A stretch of 64,000 nucleotides of DNA from Lama guanicoe (Eukaryota). The notes beneath the pieces are model-generated. The model was not told the DNA's origin. It made no database searches and saw only the letters and a program-made list of their open reading frames with translations. The stretch covers positions 17,240,029 to 17,304,028 of the forward strand of contig MU054323.1 in the NCBI GenBank assembly GCA_013239625.1, in the 5' to 3' direction. Below are positions 52,576-64,000 of this stretch, in pieces. Numbering within the stretch: position 1 is the stretch's first letter; every line of letters begins with the position of its first letter. Position numbers and translations under genes: made by a program.

Positions 52576-53559
52576 AAAAGTGTTAAAATGTTCACATCCC
52601 TAATTGACTCCCTGTTCTTTGGATGGACATGACCTCCTTGTTAAGAGTAAGGTACAGTGCCCTAAATCAGGTCACAGAAGCCAACAGGAGTATGAGCACT
52701 ACCATCTCCCAGCTCATTCCAGGTACAACCACCGTGGAACAAGGTGAATCAGTGTGGTGTCCACTGACTGTGCCTTAGCTTAGTGTATTCCCTTTTATTT
52801 GAATCCAAGTCCACCCATGTTCCTTCTTGTCCTTTATCCTCTGTACATAACCCTCTCAAACTCCACCCCAATTGCTTCTCCAGAGTCAGACTGTGTTGTT
52901 TCACCTTTGATTACCTTATTTTGCGTATGCATTTTAAAATTCTGATCCTATTAACATGAGAAGTGGAGGGTGAGGTCCCCGAGTAAGGCAACAGATGTGG
53001 TAACTGCACAACTGAGTTCTAGCTCAACTCTCATACAAATGATCTGAACTCCAGCTGTGTTTTTGGCTCACTTGTAACCTTAGGAATGTAAACACTTCAG
53101 CTTCCACCATTTATATTACTTATGCTTCATACATCCTGTCCAAGACATGTTTTTCCAAATACGCTAATTTAGGACACTGTACATAATACAGAATGTTTCT
53201 AAGAATATACAACCATATTATTATAACTTTTTAAACCTTCTAGTGAAATATATTTTGCATAGTTATTAATTTAATACATTTAAATTAAATTAAATTTAAT
53301 TTAATTTAATCCCTCCAATATAGTACATTTCCTTTTGGGTCAAATCCTACCTAACATCCTTTGACTCACAGTAATTTCATATTTAGAAATTTATCCTAAG
53401 GGAATCATCTAAAATATATACAAACTTTTAAATAACAAGTATTATATTTCAATGCATTATTTATATTGAAAAATTACAAAGAATATAAATTTATAGCAAG
53501 AGTGAATGAGTAGGTAAACTCTGACACATCTGTGATGGAATATTATACAGCCATTAAAA

Positions 53560-53708
53560 GTAATTTAGTTTTATTTTATTTTATTTTTTTGGTGAGAGGG
53601 TAATTAGATTTACTTATTTATATTTTTAGAGGAGGTACTGGGGATTGAACCCAGGACCTCATCATCCATGCTAAGCATGCACCCTACCATTTGAGCTATA
53701 CCCTCCCC
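53560..53708 (-). mobile_element. tRNA-derived SINE with perfect 12-bp TSD
   Basis: TSD cagccattaaaa at 53548-53559 and 53709-53720. Confidence 0.9.
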
Positions 53709-54928
53709 CAGCCATTAAAAATAGACACAGAAAAAAATGTGAGGGCTAAAGGAAAGGGCTTATAAGAATGTTAGGCAAAAAAAAAAGGAGGGCAGAATCA
53801 AAATGTATCTTTAGTGTGATTTCACCTATATAAATATCTGCATTTATATTCATAGAAAAAAATAGAAGAGAATATGTCAATACGTCACTGGTTATATTAA
53901 AGTAATGAGATTTGGGGGTGATTCTCTTTTTTTCTTCTTTATTTTCCTCTGTAATGAAAATAATTTAAGAAAATGAGTTACGTGCCCAAAGAAATTCTAA
54001 CTGAAAAACCACGGGAACCAGTCCTGCAGTAATAGGTTTCATCACCAAAACTGCTATTGAACATTTCCTAGGAACTGAAAGTCCTGTTTGAGCCTCAGTC
54101 TCTTTTTACCATTGAGGAATGTTCTTCTAACACCAGAGAAGTTAACTCTACTAGATACATGGTGTATCCAGGAATAGATAAGATAAATTTCCAGCACACC
54201 AGGCTTCATATCAGCTTCAGTAGTGCCCTGTAAGAATGACTTTAAGATCAACTTCTGCAGGAAGTGTAGAGGAATACATCTGGGAAATTTACTCTTGACT
54301 GTTCAAAATGTTTGCTGCCCATTTTGTGTTTTAAATCACTGCATTAAATTAATTGCAATGGATTAATCTGTTGCATTGAATTAATAAAGAGGCCCAAAAT
54401 TAGGAAGCTGGCAGAAAGACCATGTAACAACCATGATTTAGGGGGAAACCAAAGCAATTACCATGGCATCCTTGCCATCACGTGCTACTTCAAAATACTC
54501 AGGCTTTTGCTCCTATAGAGCCTTTAGCCAGGCATTGGAGGAATCTGGCCTACCTTGTGGAGATTTCTCAGATCTTGACATTTATGACTTTGTAGAGTTC
54601 TCAAGACATAGGTCCAGTCCCCTGAATTTGCCTCACAGTAGCCTTCCAACCTTAATAATGGGACAGAAAGGAAGGAGAAGTCTGTGTAAAAAAAACAAGT
54701 TGGAACAACTTGAATAATTTGAGAAAATTTAGTTTGAGGAATCTCTGGTGGAAAAAAAAATTGGAAGACATTGACTAGAAGCCACCTTGAGAAGAGTTAA
54801 GAAGGCAAGAAAGTGAAAAAGAAAAAAAAAGAGAGAGAGAGAAAGAAAATTAAGAGCAGGAAATAGGAAGAATTCGGACTCCTCTCCCCTATTTCTTTGA
54901 GCCTAAGATGCCCTCTGTGGTACCGTAG

Positions 54929-55072
54929 GCTTCGAAGTACAAGTCTTCCCTGAACCTGCCTCCAGTGGGAGCCCGCCTTCAGCGGCAAGATGGAGGGATC
55001 ATAACCTCTCTAGAGCAGCTTCATGAAAAAATCAACGAGATGAGGAACGTGTTCAACTCGCTGGAGAACAAG
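54929..55072 (+). CDS. ARHGEF33: Candidate ARHGEF33 cassette exon, 144 nt: ASKYKSSLNLPPVGARLQRQDGGIITSLEQLHEKINEMRNVFNSLENK
   Basis: Acceptor taccgtag|GCT, donor AAG|gtagac; phase 0-0, stop-free, heptad-like C-terminal half. Confidence 0.55.
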
Positions 55073-57388
55073 GTAGACACCCATTTCTAATCCTTGGGGT
55101 GGGCTGTGGGCTGTCAAATAAGAAAGCTGAAGAGAGAGCAGAAAAAAGATGATAAGTCCATGTCTCCAGAATATTTTTTATTCACAAAGGAATGGCCAGT
55201 TTTACTGGAAAATCAGTCTGTAGCAGCTAAAGGGTTTAAAAGCCCCAAGCATCTTAAAAGGGATGTCTCAAGTGTATGACTGTATTCACTACAGCATCCC
55301 CTCCCTGGCTGGTCAGTGGTTGTGAAGCTGTTTACCAAAGCAGGAGTATTACTTCAGTGGCAGGTCTCTACGGGGCTCAAAGTGAACATATGGAAAGGAA
55401 GCAGGCTCATAGCTCAAAAGGGTTTCAGAATTCCCGAAGTCCTTATATAATCTGGCTGTTAGGGAAATTTACTGATAGTTTTTAATTTGTTGACAGCTGG
55501 GGTTTTACAGGTGAGGAAAAGTCCTTTCCCCTAGGACCCTGCTGCAGCCTTTGGCTCCTAGGGAAAACTCCACACGTCCACCTAAGGGAGCAGTGAAAAT
55601 GAAACCTATTTCTGTTGGAAAATGGTTCCCCTTTTTTTTTTTTACAAGCAGGAAGCCTGAGTGAATGCCAGGTTTCCTTCCTTCAGTTTTAAAACTTGCC
55701 TACATTTTGCTTTGTTATTATATAGCCATCAATTTCATTTTGCTCACAGAGGATGAATTCATATAATGACGATTACCAGATCAAATGCAGTTGATCTGGT
55801 GGTTTAATCCATCATGATGATGGAATTAGGACATGTGCTGAAATCCATCACAAAGATTAATTAGAATTAAAAATGATTGGAATGAAAAACAGGTTACTCA
55901 TTTTGTTTCCCAATCTTTCTGCTCCAAACACTTGGCAGGTCCTACTTTTTTCCTCAGAATGGTCTCCTTGGTTCCTCTTATTTCTCCCTCCTCCTAGCCC
56001 TCTAAAGAAAACTTCTGAAGCACAGTGAACCAAAACACTTGTATTTTGAAAATGTGGTATAGGAGAGGAAGTCACTTTATAATTGGAGATGCCATTGCAA
56101 GTTAGAACCATTTGGATAAACAGATTTTTTAAAAATGTTTAAAAATATGCATTTGAAGAAATATGTTAAGGTACCTGGATTTTCACTTCCATCCCTTTAA
56201 AATAAGTATACTTGGTGGATACTTTTAATTATAGAAAAACCTGCTAAATAGTTTTGTTTTAAAAAGCAATCTAGAGCTAAGCATTCCTTTACTTAGCAGA
56301 CTGTAAGATCACAAAAGCCAGGAAAGTAATATTATTACCTTGTTATTATTTTCTTATTGTTATTATTTTCTTAACTTCCTGTCTGTTGAAAATGCTTTTT
56401 TCATTTGTTCAATAAATAAAACCGAAATTTAGAAGTGCTCCATTTTCTCCACACTTCTGTTTGTGCGTAATTTTTTGATTTGCCACGTAAACGGGAGAGA
56501 AGAATTAAAATTTCTTGAACATCTTTTATGCACCAAGCACGTACTGTGGCAGGCACCTTACCTATATTTCTTCATTTAATTCTCAAGACAGCTCTGTGAA
56601 ATGTTATTATAGGTATTTTATGAATGAGGAAACCACTACAAAGAGGTTAACCAACTTGTCTCAGGTCTTAGTACTTATAGGAGAATGCTAGGATCTGACT
56701 CCAAAATTGACACTCTCCTCAGTTAGAAGTTGACACTAAAAATCCAGGTGTGTATTTCTACACAACCAGGCTTGACAGCTGAAGAGGATTCACATCACTA
56801 TCAACAGCTGCGCTTCTACCATTGCAGGTATTTCCTGCCACTGGAAATGCAATTATCTTCTTTTCCATATCCTACAAGAATATATATAAAAACTTCTTCC
56901 CTTTTAAAGAAATATTCAGATACACTTAATTATAACTCTTTATCGTTTCACTTTTTAAGGAAAAAATAACTTGAGTTTCTGCAACTTCTCTTCACAACCA
57001 GGGATAATAGGATCCAGCCCTTCTTTCATGGAATTCTGAGAATTCAGCATTGTCTTTCACATGTATATGTTGCTTTTCAAGTAAATCTCTTTTTAATTAC
57101 AGGTGTTACAATAAATAGTAGCTTGCAGGAGCACTTGTAAACTTAAATAATTGCCTGCTTTCCTGTCAGTATCAAGCTTCAGCATGTGTGATATAAAGAC
57201 CACCCTCTTTTCCCCAGATGAAGGGGGCCAAGGTTGCCGTAGGTTGTCCAAACTTTAGTCTACTAGTAAATGAGGTCTGTACATGTTCAAGAGCTGGGTT
57301 TCTCAAACAAAAGAAACATCCAAGGTGTCAGTGGTACCATTTATAACAATTTATAGCAAAGTGAATTCACTCTTTGTGTATTATTTAG

Positions 57389-57553
57389 TTGCAGGCCCTA
57401 GCCTCTGAACTCAAAACTGGCTTCACAGAAGCAATGCAAGAACTGTCAAGAATTCAACATGGAGAATATGCTTTGGAAGAGAAGGTTAAGAGCTGCAGAT
57501 GTTCCATGGAAGAAAAAGTTACTGAGATGAAGAATTCATTAAATTATTTCAAG
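57389..57553 (+). CDS. ARHGEF33: ARHGEF33 coding exon, 165 nt: LQALASELKTGF...MKNSLNYFK (coiled coil)
   Basis: ORF 57389..; acceptor ttatttag|TTG, donor AAG|gtaggc. Confidence 0.93.
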
Positions 57554-57881
57554 GTAGGCCCCTCTTTCTTCTATTTCCCTGCTGAAGAGAGATTTCTGGT
57601 CTTAGTAACAGAAGTAGGAAACCTGCCTTTTTGCATAGCAGCCAAATACAGGAATTTCCCTCTGGTCTATTCATTAATTTTCATGGGAAAATATCTATTT
57701 CATGTTTTAATTTCTTGGATCTCTGTGTTAAAATTAGGAACTATAACAGAAGTAAAATTTTCATCTCATTCATTCATTCCTTTAACAAATATATATTAAA
57801 AGCTTACTGTGTACTAGATATTATGTTATATACTTTTAGGCCATATACCAGATTAAATACATATTGATTCTCATTTTTTAG

Positions 57882-58003
57882 GAAGAGCTGAGCAATGCCA
57901 TGTCAATGATCCAGGCCATCACTTCCAAACAAGAAGAAATGCAACAGAAAATTGAACAGCTTCAACAGGAGAAGCGAAGAGAATCTCGAAAAGTTAAAGC
58001 CAA
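57882..58003 (+). CDS. ARHGEF33: ARHGEF33 coding exon, 122 nt: EELSNAMSMIQAITSKQEEMQQKIEQLQQEKRRESRKVKA(K)
   Basis: Acceptor catttttttag|GAA, donor CAA|gtgagt. Confidence 0.93.
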
Positions 58004-58331
58004 GTGAGTGTCCTACAGAAAAATCGACCAAAGGAAAACCTATAGGCAATGGCTTATACAAAGGCACTGGGAACACTTTCCCCGCTATTGGTGTATAGCT
58101 AGCTGGCCACTCAGCTCCACAGGTCAGCATGCAACGAAGGTTATACAGCATCAAAGTTGGTTAATACTAAAAATGAATGGTGACTATTACACAATAAAGG
58201 TACTTAATACAATAGAAGGTAAATAAAAATGATGTAAAGTGGCATGTAGAATTTGACTTCAACTATAAAAACATGAACTGACTCTCTTCTTAACCCATTA
58301 TGTCTGAAGTCCCTTTGTTTCCCTTCCCTAG

Positions 58332-58474
58332 GAAAACTCAGAAAGAAGAACACGGCTCACAGGCCGGGCCTGCTCAAGCACAAGGAAGCCCCTTCCGTTC
58401 AATCAACATCCCTGAGCCTGTCCTTCCAAATGAAGACTTTACAAACCTTTTGCCTTCTCAGGCCTATGAAAAAG
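58332..58474 (+). CDS. ARHGEF33: ARHGEF33 coding exon, 143 nt: (K)KTQKEEHGSQAGPAQAQGSPFRSINIPEPVLPNEDFTNLLPSQAYEK
   Basis: Acceptor cccttccctag|G, donor AAG|gtacag; within ORF 58300..58497. Confidence 0.93.
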
Positions 58475-60084
58475 GTACAGTTCACAAATTGTACTGAATT
58501 AGCCAAGTATTTTTCCTTGATTCCTAGGGCTTAAGTAACGTGGAGAATACACACGTCCTCCATCCTTATTAGAGGAAAATGGTGTATCGCTCAGAATTTT
58601 TCCTTTTGTAACTGGGATTTAGAAGAATCCATAGGATCTAAGAGATGGGGAGAGTCTACACAATTTTTAAAGATTTTCTTTTTTGGGAAAACCCTAATCT
58701 GGGTACTCTGACTTTCAAATGGATTAGAAATTAGTCATTGCACAATATTACTATACCAACCATAGGAGAAAATACTAAAAAATTATTCACTCTGATGAAT
58801 TGTTTCATTTTCTACATTACTTCTTGATCCTTGTCTCTCTGCAGAGACATAAAAGTGTGTGTTCTCCTTTTTTTTTTTTTCAGCAAAGGTTTCACTGGTA
58901 TGAGAAGTCCTATCTGCCCTAACTGGCAGGCAGTGCTGTCAGTGGCAGTCTAACTCTGTACTCCCCTCACTTAGGAAAACTGAGCTGGTGTGGTCTGTGG
59001 GCTGAAACAGTTGCAACCTCATCCCTCATCTGAGGGAAAGAAAAGATGTTAGAAAATAAGGCAGTACTAAAGAAACAGGCTTTCCAAGGGATGTCAATAA
59101 CCATGTTTGATTACATATTTGTTATATCTTTGTATCCTCAACTATGTCTAGCAGAGTACACAGGAGTATGACTGTAGATATTAACACTGTTTGGATGAAT
59201 TTTCCTCTTTTTTTTTTTTTTTTTTTTGGTCTCATGTCAAAAGTCTCCAAAAGAGGCTCAATGACCTCTCAACCAATTGCAAGCTCCTCAAGGGCAGGGC
59301 TGGTAGTTTTTCTACCTTTATGGCTTAAGAAGCAATGTGGCTCATATATTTATAAACAATGAATATGCTTTGAATTTAAAGATCTAAATCAAATGGCTTT
59401 TAATTGTTATTAACTTTAAAGTACAGACTTGCTTTTTTATTTTTAGCTTTTACCCATTTGAGTAGTTATTTCAGAGATTCAATAGGTGTAGCCTCGGAAA
59501 ACTCACTTGATTCATCTGAGGAGTGGGTTCATCCCACTCTGCCTTTTATGCACCATGTCATAGACAGCATGACACAAAAGAATGATCTTGTTAGGGAAGA
59601 ACAGAGAATGGGCTTGGAAAGTAGAGTTCAGAGCAATGTCGAGCTCACCACGTTCACAAAGTAAAAGATTTAAAGTTATATTTGCAAAGTGCCCAGATGG
59701 ATTTAAATTAGCTGTTTGGTGCCAAATCCTCGTTCCTTCCCAGTTACACAGGTACAGCTTACATAGCATGGTTTATTCTGCTGAGTTGCTGCAGAAATTT
59801 GGTGATAATGTGCCATCGTAAGACATTCTGGATACGACTGGCGGTAGATTATATTAAAACTAGAGGTCAAAAGACCGTACTTTCAAAGGGTTGGCTTACT
59901 CTCTGTTAATTATAAAACAGTGTCATTGTTATCTATGGACCCCAAATTCAGTATCTTAAAATAGCAAACACTCATTGTGCCACAGTTTCTCTGAGGCAGG
60001 AATCTGCGCACAGCTTAGCTGGGTGCCTCCGGCACAAGATCTCTCATAAGGTTGCAGTCAAGGTGCTGAGCGTCCCACTACGCA

Positions 60085-60660
60085 TTCATCCTTCCTTCCA
60101 TCCATCCATCCATCCGTCCACCCACCCCAGGCACTGATTCAGGTGGTGGGATGTCATAATGAACAAAACAACAAGAATTCCTACCGTGAAGGAGCTCTTG
60201 TTCTGAAGGAAGCGGACAATGAAAAAGATAAATAAAACATGTAGTATGTTAGGGAGTGGTAAGAAGACAAATAAGGAAATGCAGGTGTAATTCTAGAGAG
60301 GGTGCCAGGTAAAGACCTGAAGGAAGGAAGAAAGTTAATTTATGGTTTCCGGGGAGAAAAGGGAATTAGCCCCAGGGTCCTGGAGGGAGAAGAACTGACA
60401 TGTTCAAGGAATGGCAAGAAGACCAATGGGGCTAAAGCAGAATGAACAGGGAGACAATAGATGTGTTTTTTTTTTTTAAGAAAGAAAGGAAATAGCAAGT
60501 AGAGGGTCAGCAGGGGCAGATATTTTAAGGCCTTATGATTGGCCTTATGATCATTCTAAGTTCTTTGGCCTTTGCACTGAAATGGGAAGTCTCTGGAGGG
60601 CTAAGCAGAGGTGTGACAGGGTCTGACTTACATTTCAACAGCATCATTCTGGCTCTGCTT
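60085..60660 (-). mobile_element. L2 fragment, antisense
   Basis: (CATC)n tail, then gaacaaaacaacaagaattcctaccgtgaaggagc...gacttacatttcaacagcatcattctggct. Confidence 0.65.
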
Positions 60661-60967
60661 AACATTGCCATCCTCACCATCATAGTTAAATAATAATTTA
60701 GCTCTTCTTGTGTGCAATTAAGAAAGATTATCTAATTTAATTCTTACGGTCATCTATGCAGTAAGTACCACTTATTGTATCTTTTTAGAGATGGGGAAAT
60801 AGCATTTGCCACACTATATTGTAATTTTATTTATTTATTTATTTTACTGTTCTGTCTCCCTCAGTAAAATGTAAACTCTGTGAGTCTATCTCAGTTCCTA
60901 GCTCATAGAAGGTGCCAGTCCGTGTCAGTGGAATGAATACTGATTGAAAGCTTTCCTTCCTCTGCAG

Positions 60968-61027
60968 CCCAAGAGTCCAGATCCTTGCATGTAGCAGACA
61001 GCAATGTGAAGGGGATGATGGGCCCTG
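60968..61027 (+). CDS. ARHGEF33: ARHGEF33 coding exon, 60 nt: (A)QESRSLHVADSNVKGMMGP(G)
   Basis: Acceptor ttcctctgcag|CC, donor CTG|gtaagc; phase 1-1. Confidence 0.9.
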
Positions 61028-61847
61028 GTAAGCGGCTCTACTCTGAGTCCTCTTTTCTTCTTGCAATTCCACCCTTTCCCTTCTTCTACCTTCCCTGCTT
61101 CTACCCACTCAGTTCCAAACCAGGCATGAAAGAACTTAGGCAAGATAAAGCAGTATGGCTACTAAGATTCCAAGATGTGTCCTGGAGCAGGTCAGTGGCT
61201 CAGTTAAACCCAGAGAGAGAGAAAGGGTAGGAAAGACAAAATCCGTATTCCTGGTTCCTTCAGGCTCATTTCAATTACTGATGAGTTAACATTTGCTGAG
61301 AACTCCTAGGTGTTTGTAGGCTGACATAAATTTCCCATAGACCACACATAATTTATGGTTTACACAATTTAAAAGTTACTTACTTAAGAAATAACTCACC
61401 AGGATTTTATAAATTATTTCTTCTTCCCTCTCTGCCTTCTTCTGGCCTTTTGGAAACTTACCTTCCAGGACCAAGGAGGACAAATTCCAAAATAAGACAC
61501 TGTCTTTGGCATCCTCCTTCCTCCTCTTCCTGTATTTTCTTCCCTAGTTTGCTCACCTGAAAGGAAGAATATTCAGGGACCAGTATATACTACTGTAAAT
61601 TAGTTATATTGCTTTCAAAATGTATTTTTTAAAAGTCCTTATTCAGTAGAGACTATGTGCAAAGAGTAAAGAATATATAGACCAGAATCAGAGAAAGGTG
61701 ATCCATTGTAACTGTGGAGACTTAATCCTTAGTTGATACATTTAGTCCTCGAGGGACAGTTGTACCCAAACAGGGGCATAATATTTAAGTTAGTAAGAAA
61801 TATAATTTTTAAAAAATCAGAACTTGATGGCAGATGTTATTTTTCAG

Positions 61848-62072
61848 GAATGAACCCAACAACTCCAGAAGCAGAAGAAAACCTTAAGTCTTGCCTCTCA
61901 GCTGATATCCAACCCAAGGGCCATCTCTCATCTGGTGTGTGGAGGCAGCCTAAGGAGGGTAAAGAATGGGGTGAGGAATATGTCACGAAAGACCATCCAG
62001 ACAAACTTAAGGAAGCTGGCCAGGGCAGACACAGCTCCTTGGAAAATGTTTTATGTGAAACCTCTTTAGCTG
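61848..62072 (+). CDS. ARHGEF33: ARHGEF33 coding exon, 225 nt: (G)MNPTTPEAEENLKSC...SLENVLCETSLA
   Basis: Acceptor tatttttcag|GA, donor CTG|gtaagt; within ORF 61733..62164. Confidence 0.93.
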
Positions 62073-62689
62073 GTAAGTCCCAAGGGGGAGTGCAGGCTGA
62101 AATTGTAAAGAACAGGAAACCTAAGGGCTGGAATCCTTGCAATTTAGATGCACTGGACATATGAGACCATCCAGTTTCTGGTTTCCTTCCAAGACAAATA
62201 AACTAAAGTCTATAGAGGAGAAGGGACTCACCTGTGGTCACGTGGCCAACTGTGACCACCAGCTTGATTCTAGGTCTCCACAACATTTAGTAATGTAGCA
62301 CTTTGGGGGAAAAAAAGGCATAAGGTTAGTGGAGAAGAGGGAAGAATTTTGTGACCTTGTATTCAGTGATATGGTAACTTCAATATATAAATCTTGTATC
62401 AGGGGTCTACCACCAAAACGCCAAACACTGCACAGGGTCTGTTCTCCCTCCTTCTTTCCTCCTTTCTTTTTTTCAAATCATAAATCATCACTGAGCACTT
62501 ACTGTACGTCAGACAATGACATTTCCCTCCAACAATTTTAATATTTTTATTATCAAATACATGAAAAATGACATCATACTAAAAGGTTTATTATGAAGTA
62601 CAGCAGTGACCACTTTAAATTCTTTTGACAGTTTTTTTCTGGTACTTGCTTCCATTTCTTAAGAAGAGTTTATGCTACTGTTTTCAATC

Positions 62690-64000
62690 AGTACTTTATT
62701 GATGATTAATTTACATAGAGTAAAATTCACAAAGCTTAAGCTCAAGCTCACTGTCCCCCTTATGATCACTACCCAGGTCATGATATACAGATCTCTATAA
62801 TAAGTACGTTAATATTTCTAATAATAGAAATATTACCCCAGAAAGTTCGCCCATGCACCTTTCCAGGCAATACCCACCCACAGAACCACTATTCTGACTT
62901 CTGTCACCGTAAATTAGTTGTGTCTGTTCTTGAACTCCATATAAATGGAATATTACAACATGTAGCCTTTGTGTCTGGCCTCTTTCTCCCAACATAATAT
63001 GTTGTGTGTAATTTATTCAGTAGTGTATTCCTTTTTATTAATCATATTGAATGAATTTACCACAATTTGTCCATTCTCCTGTTGCTGGACATTTGGATTG
63101 CTTCCAGCTTAGGGTTATTATGAGGAAAACTGCTATGAATGTTCTTGTGTAAGTCTTTTTTTTTTTTCTTTTTTAGTGTATGCCCGAATTTCTCTTGGGT
63201 GTATACCTAGGAGTAGACTTTAGTTTATAGGATCATATTTAACTTTAAAAGAAAACATCAAGCAGTTTACCAAAGTGGCTGGACCATTTACACTCTTATC
63301 AGCAAATGCATGAGAGGTCCAGTTGCCTTATAGCCTTCTCAGTATTTAGTATGGTCAGTCTTTTTAATTTGAACCATTCTTGTTCAAATTAAGATACCAG
63401 GCTGTGTCCTGGTATCATATTGTAGTTTTAATTTGCACTGCCCTGAGGACTAATGGTGTTGAGCATCCTTCCATATGCTTATTGGCTATTTATATAATTT
63501 CTTTTATGAAGTGCCTATGTAAGTCCTTTGTCTAACTTATCTTTTTATTCTCTGTTAGTAGGGTTTCTTAATTTATTTTAGATGTGAGTCTCTGTCAGAT
63601 ATGTGTTGAGAATATTTTACTCCATTATATGGCTTAACTTTTCACTTTTGAAATAGTCTTTTGATAAATAGACATTCTTAATTTTAATGAAGTTCAATTT
63701 ATCAATTTGAAACTTTTAAAATAGCTTGTAACTTCCATGTTCTTCCAAGAAATTTTTGCCTATTCTAGGGTTATAAAGATATCCTAATATGTTTTCTTAT
63801 AAGATATAGTTTCAGCTTTCTCATTTAGGTCTGACTTAAATAAATTTTTTCAATGTTAATTTTTTATTAATAATTACCTTGAATAAATTTTGATGTGTGG
63901 TATGAGGAAGGAGTCCAGGTTCCTTTTTATTTCCCATGTGGCTATCCAGTTGCTTCAGCTCTGTTTACTGAAAATACCTTCCTTTCCACATTGAATTGCA
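62690..64000 (-). mobile_element. Old L1 (3' UTR and ORF2 end), antisense, running off the window
   Basis: accactattctgacttct...atataaatggaat...ggacatttggattgcttccag...gagcatccttccatatgcttattggc. Confidence 0.85.

Larger units (their letters stand above)
22660..62072 (+). other. ARHGEF33: ARHGEF33 gene, 5' portion; continues beyond the right edge
   Basis: Seven coding exons join to MEKTKTKQGENEHKPMNNPSTQIYQLQALASELK...ENVLCETSLA, recognised as the ARHGEF33 N-terminus. The UTR exons are less certain. Confidence 0.9.

Overview
Mammalian genomic DNA: AT-rich, intron-exon structure and dense interspersed repeats. The young tRNA-derived SINE family and L1 3' ends resemble camelid elements, which is an inference. 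Three genes lie in their usual mammalian order. (1) The 5' part of DHX57 (DEAH-box RNA helicase) is on the minus strand: one non-coding exon and five coding exons, with the gene continuing off the left edge. (2) The complete MORN2 gene is on the plus strand, head-to-head with DHX57 at a shared CpG island near 13.7-14.5 kb. (3) The 5' part of ARHGEF33 (RhoGEF) is on the plus strand and continues off the right edge. All coding exons were joined by hand with consistent GT-AG sites and phases. Best leads: a 151-aa MORN2 frame with no in-frame AUG that appears to start at a CUG; a frame-preserving 144-nt coiled-coil-like candidate cassette exon in an ARHGEF33 intron; a uORF-rich ARHGEF33 leader; and two places in DHX57 where a competing donor gives an immediate stop. 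I see no support for a wholly new biological system. Gene identities come from recognising the protein sequences, not from a database search.
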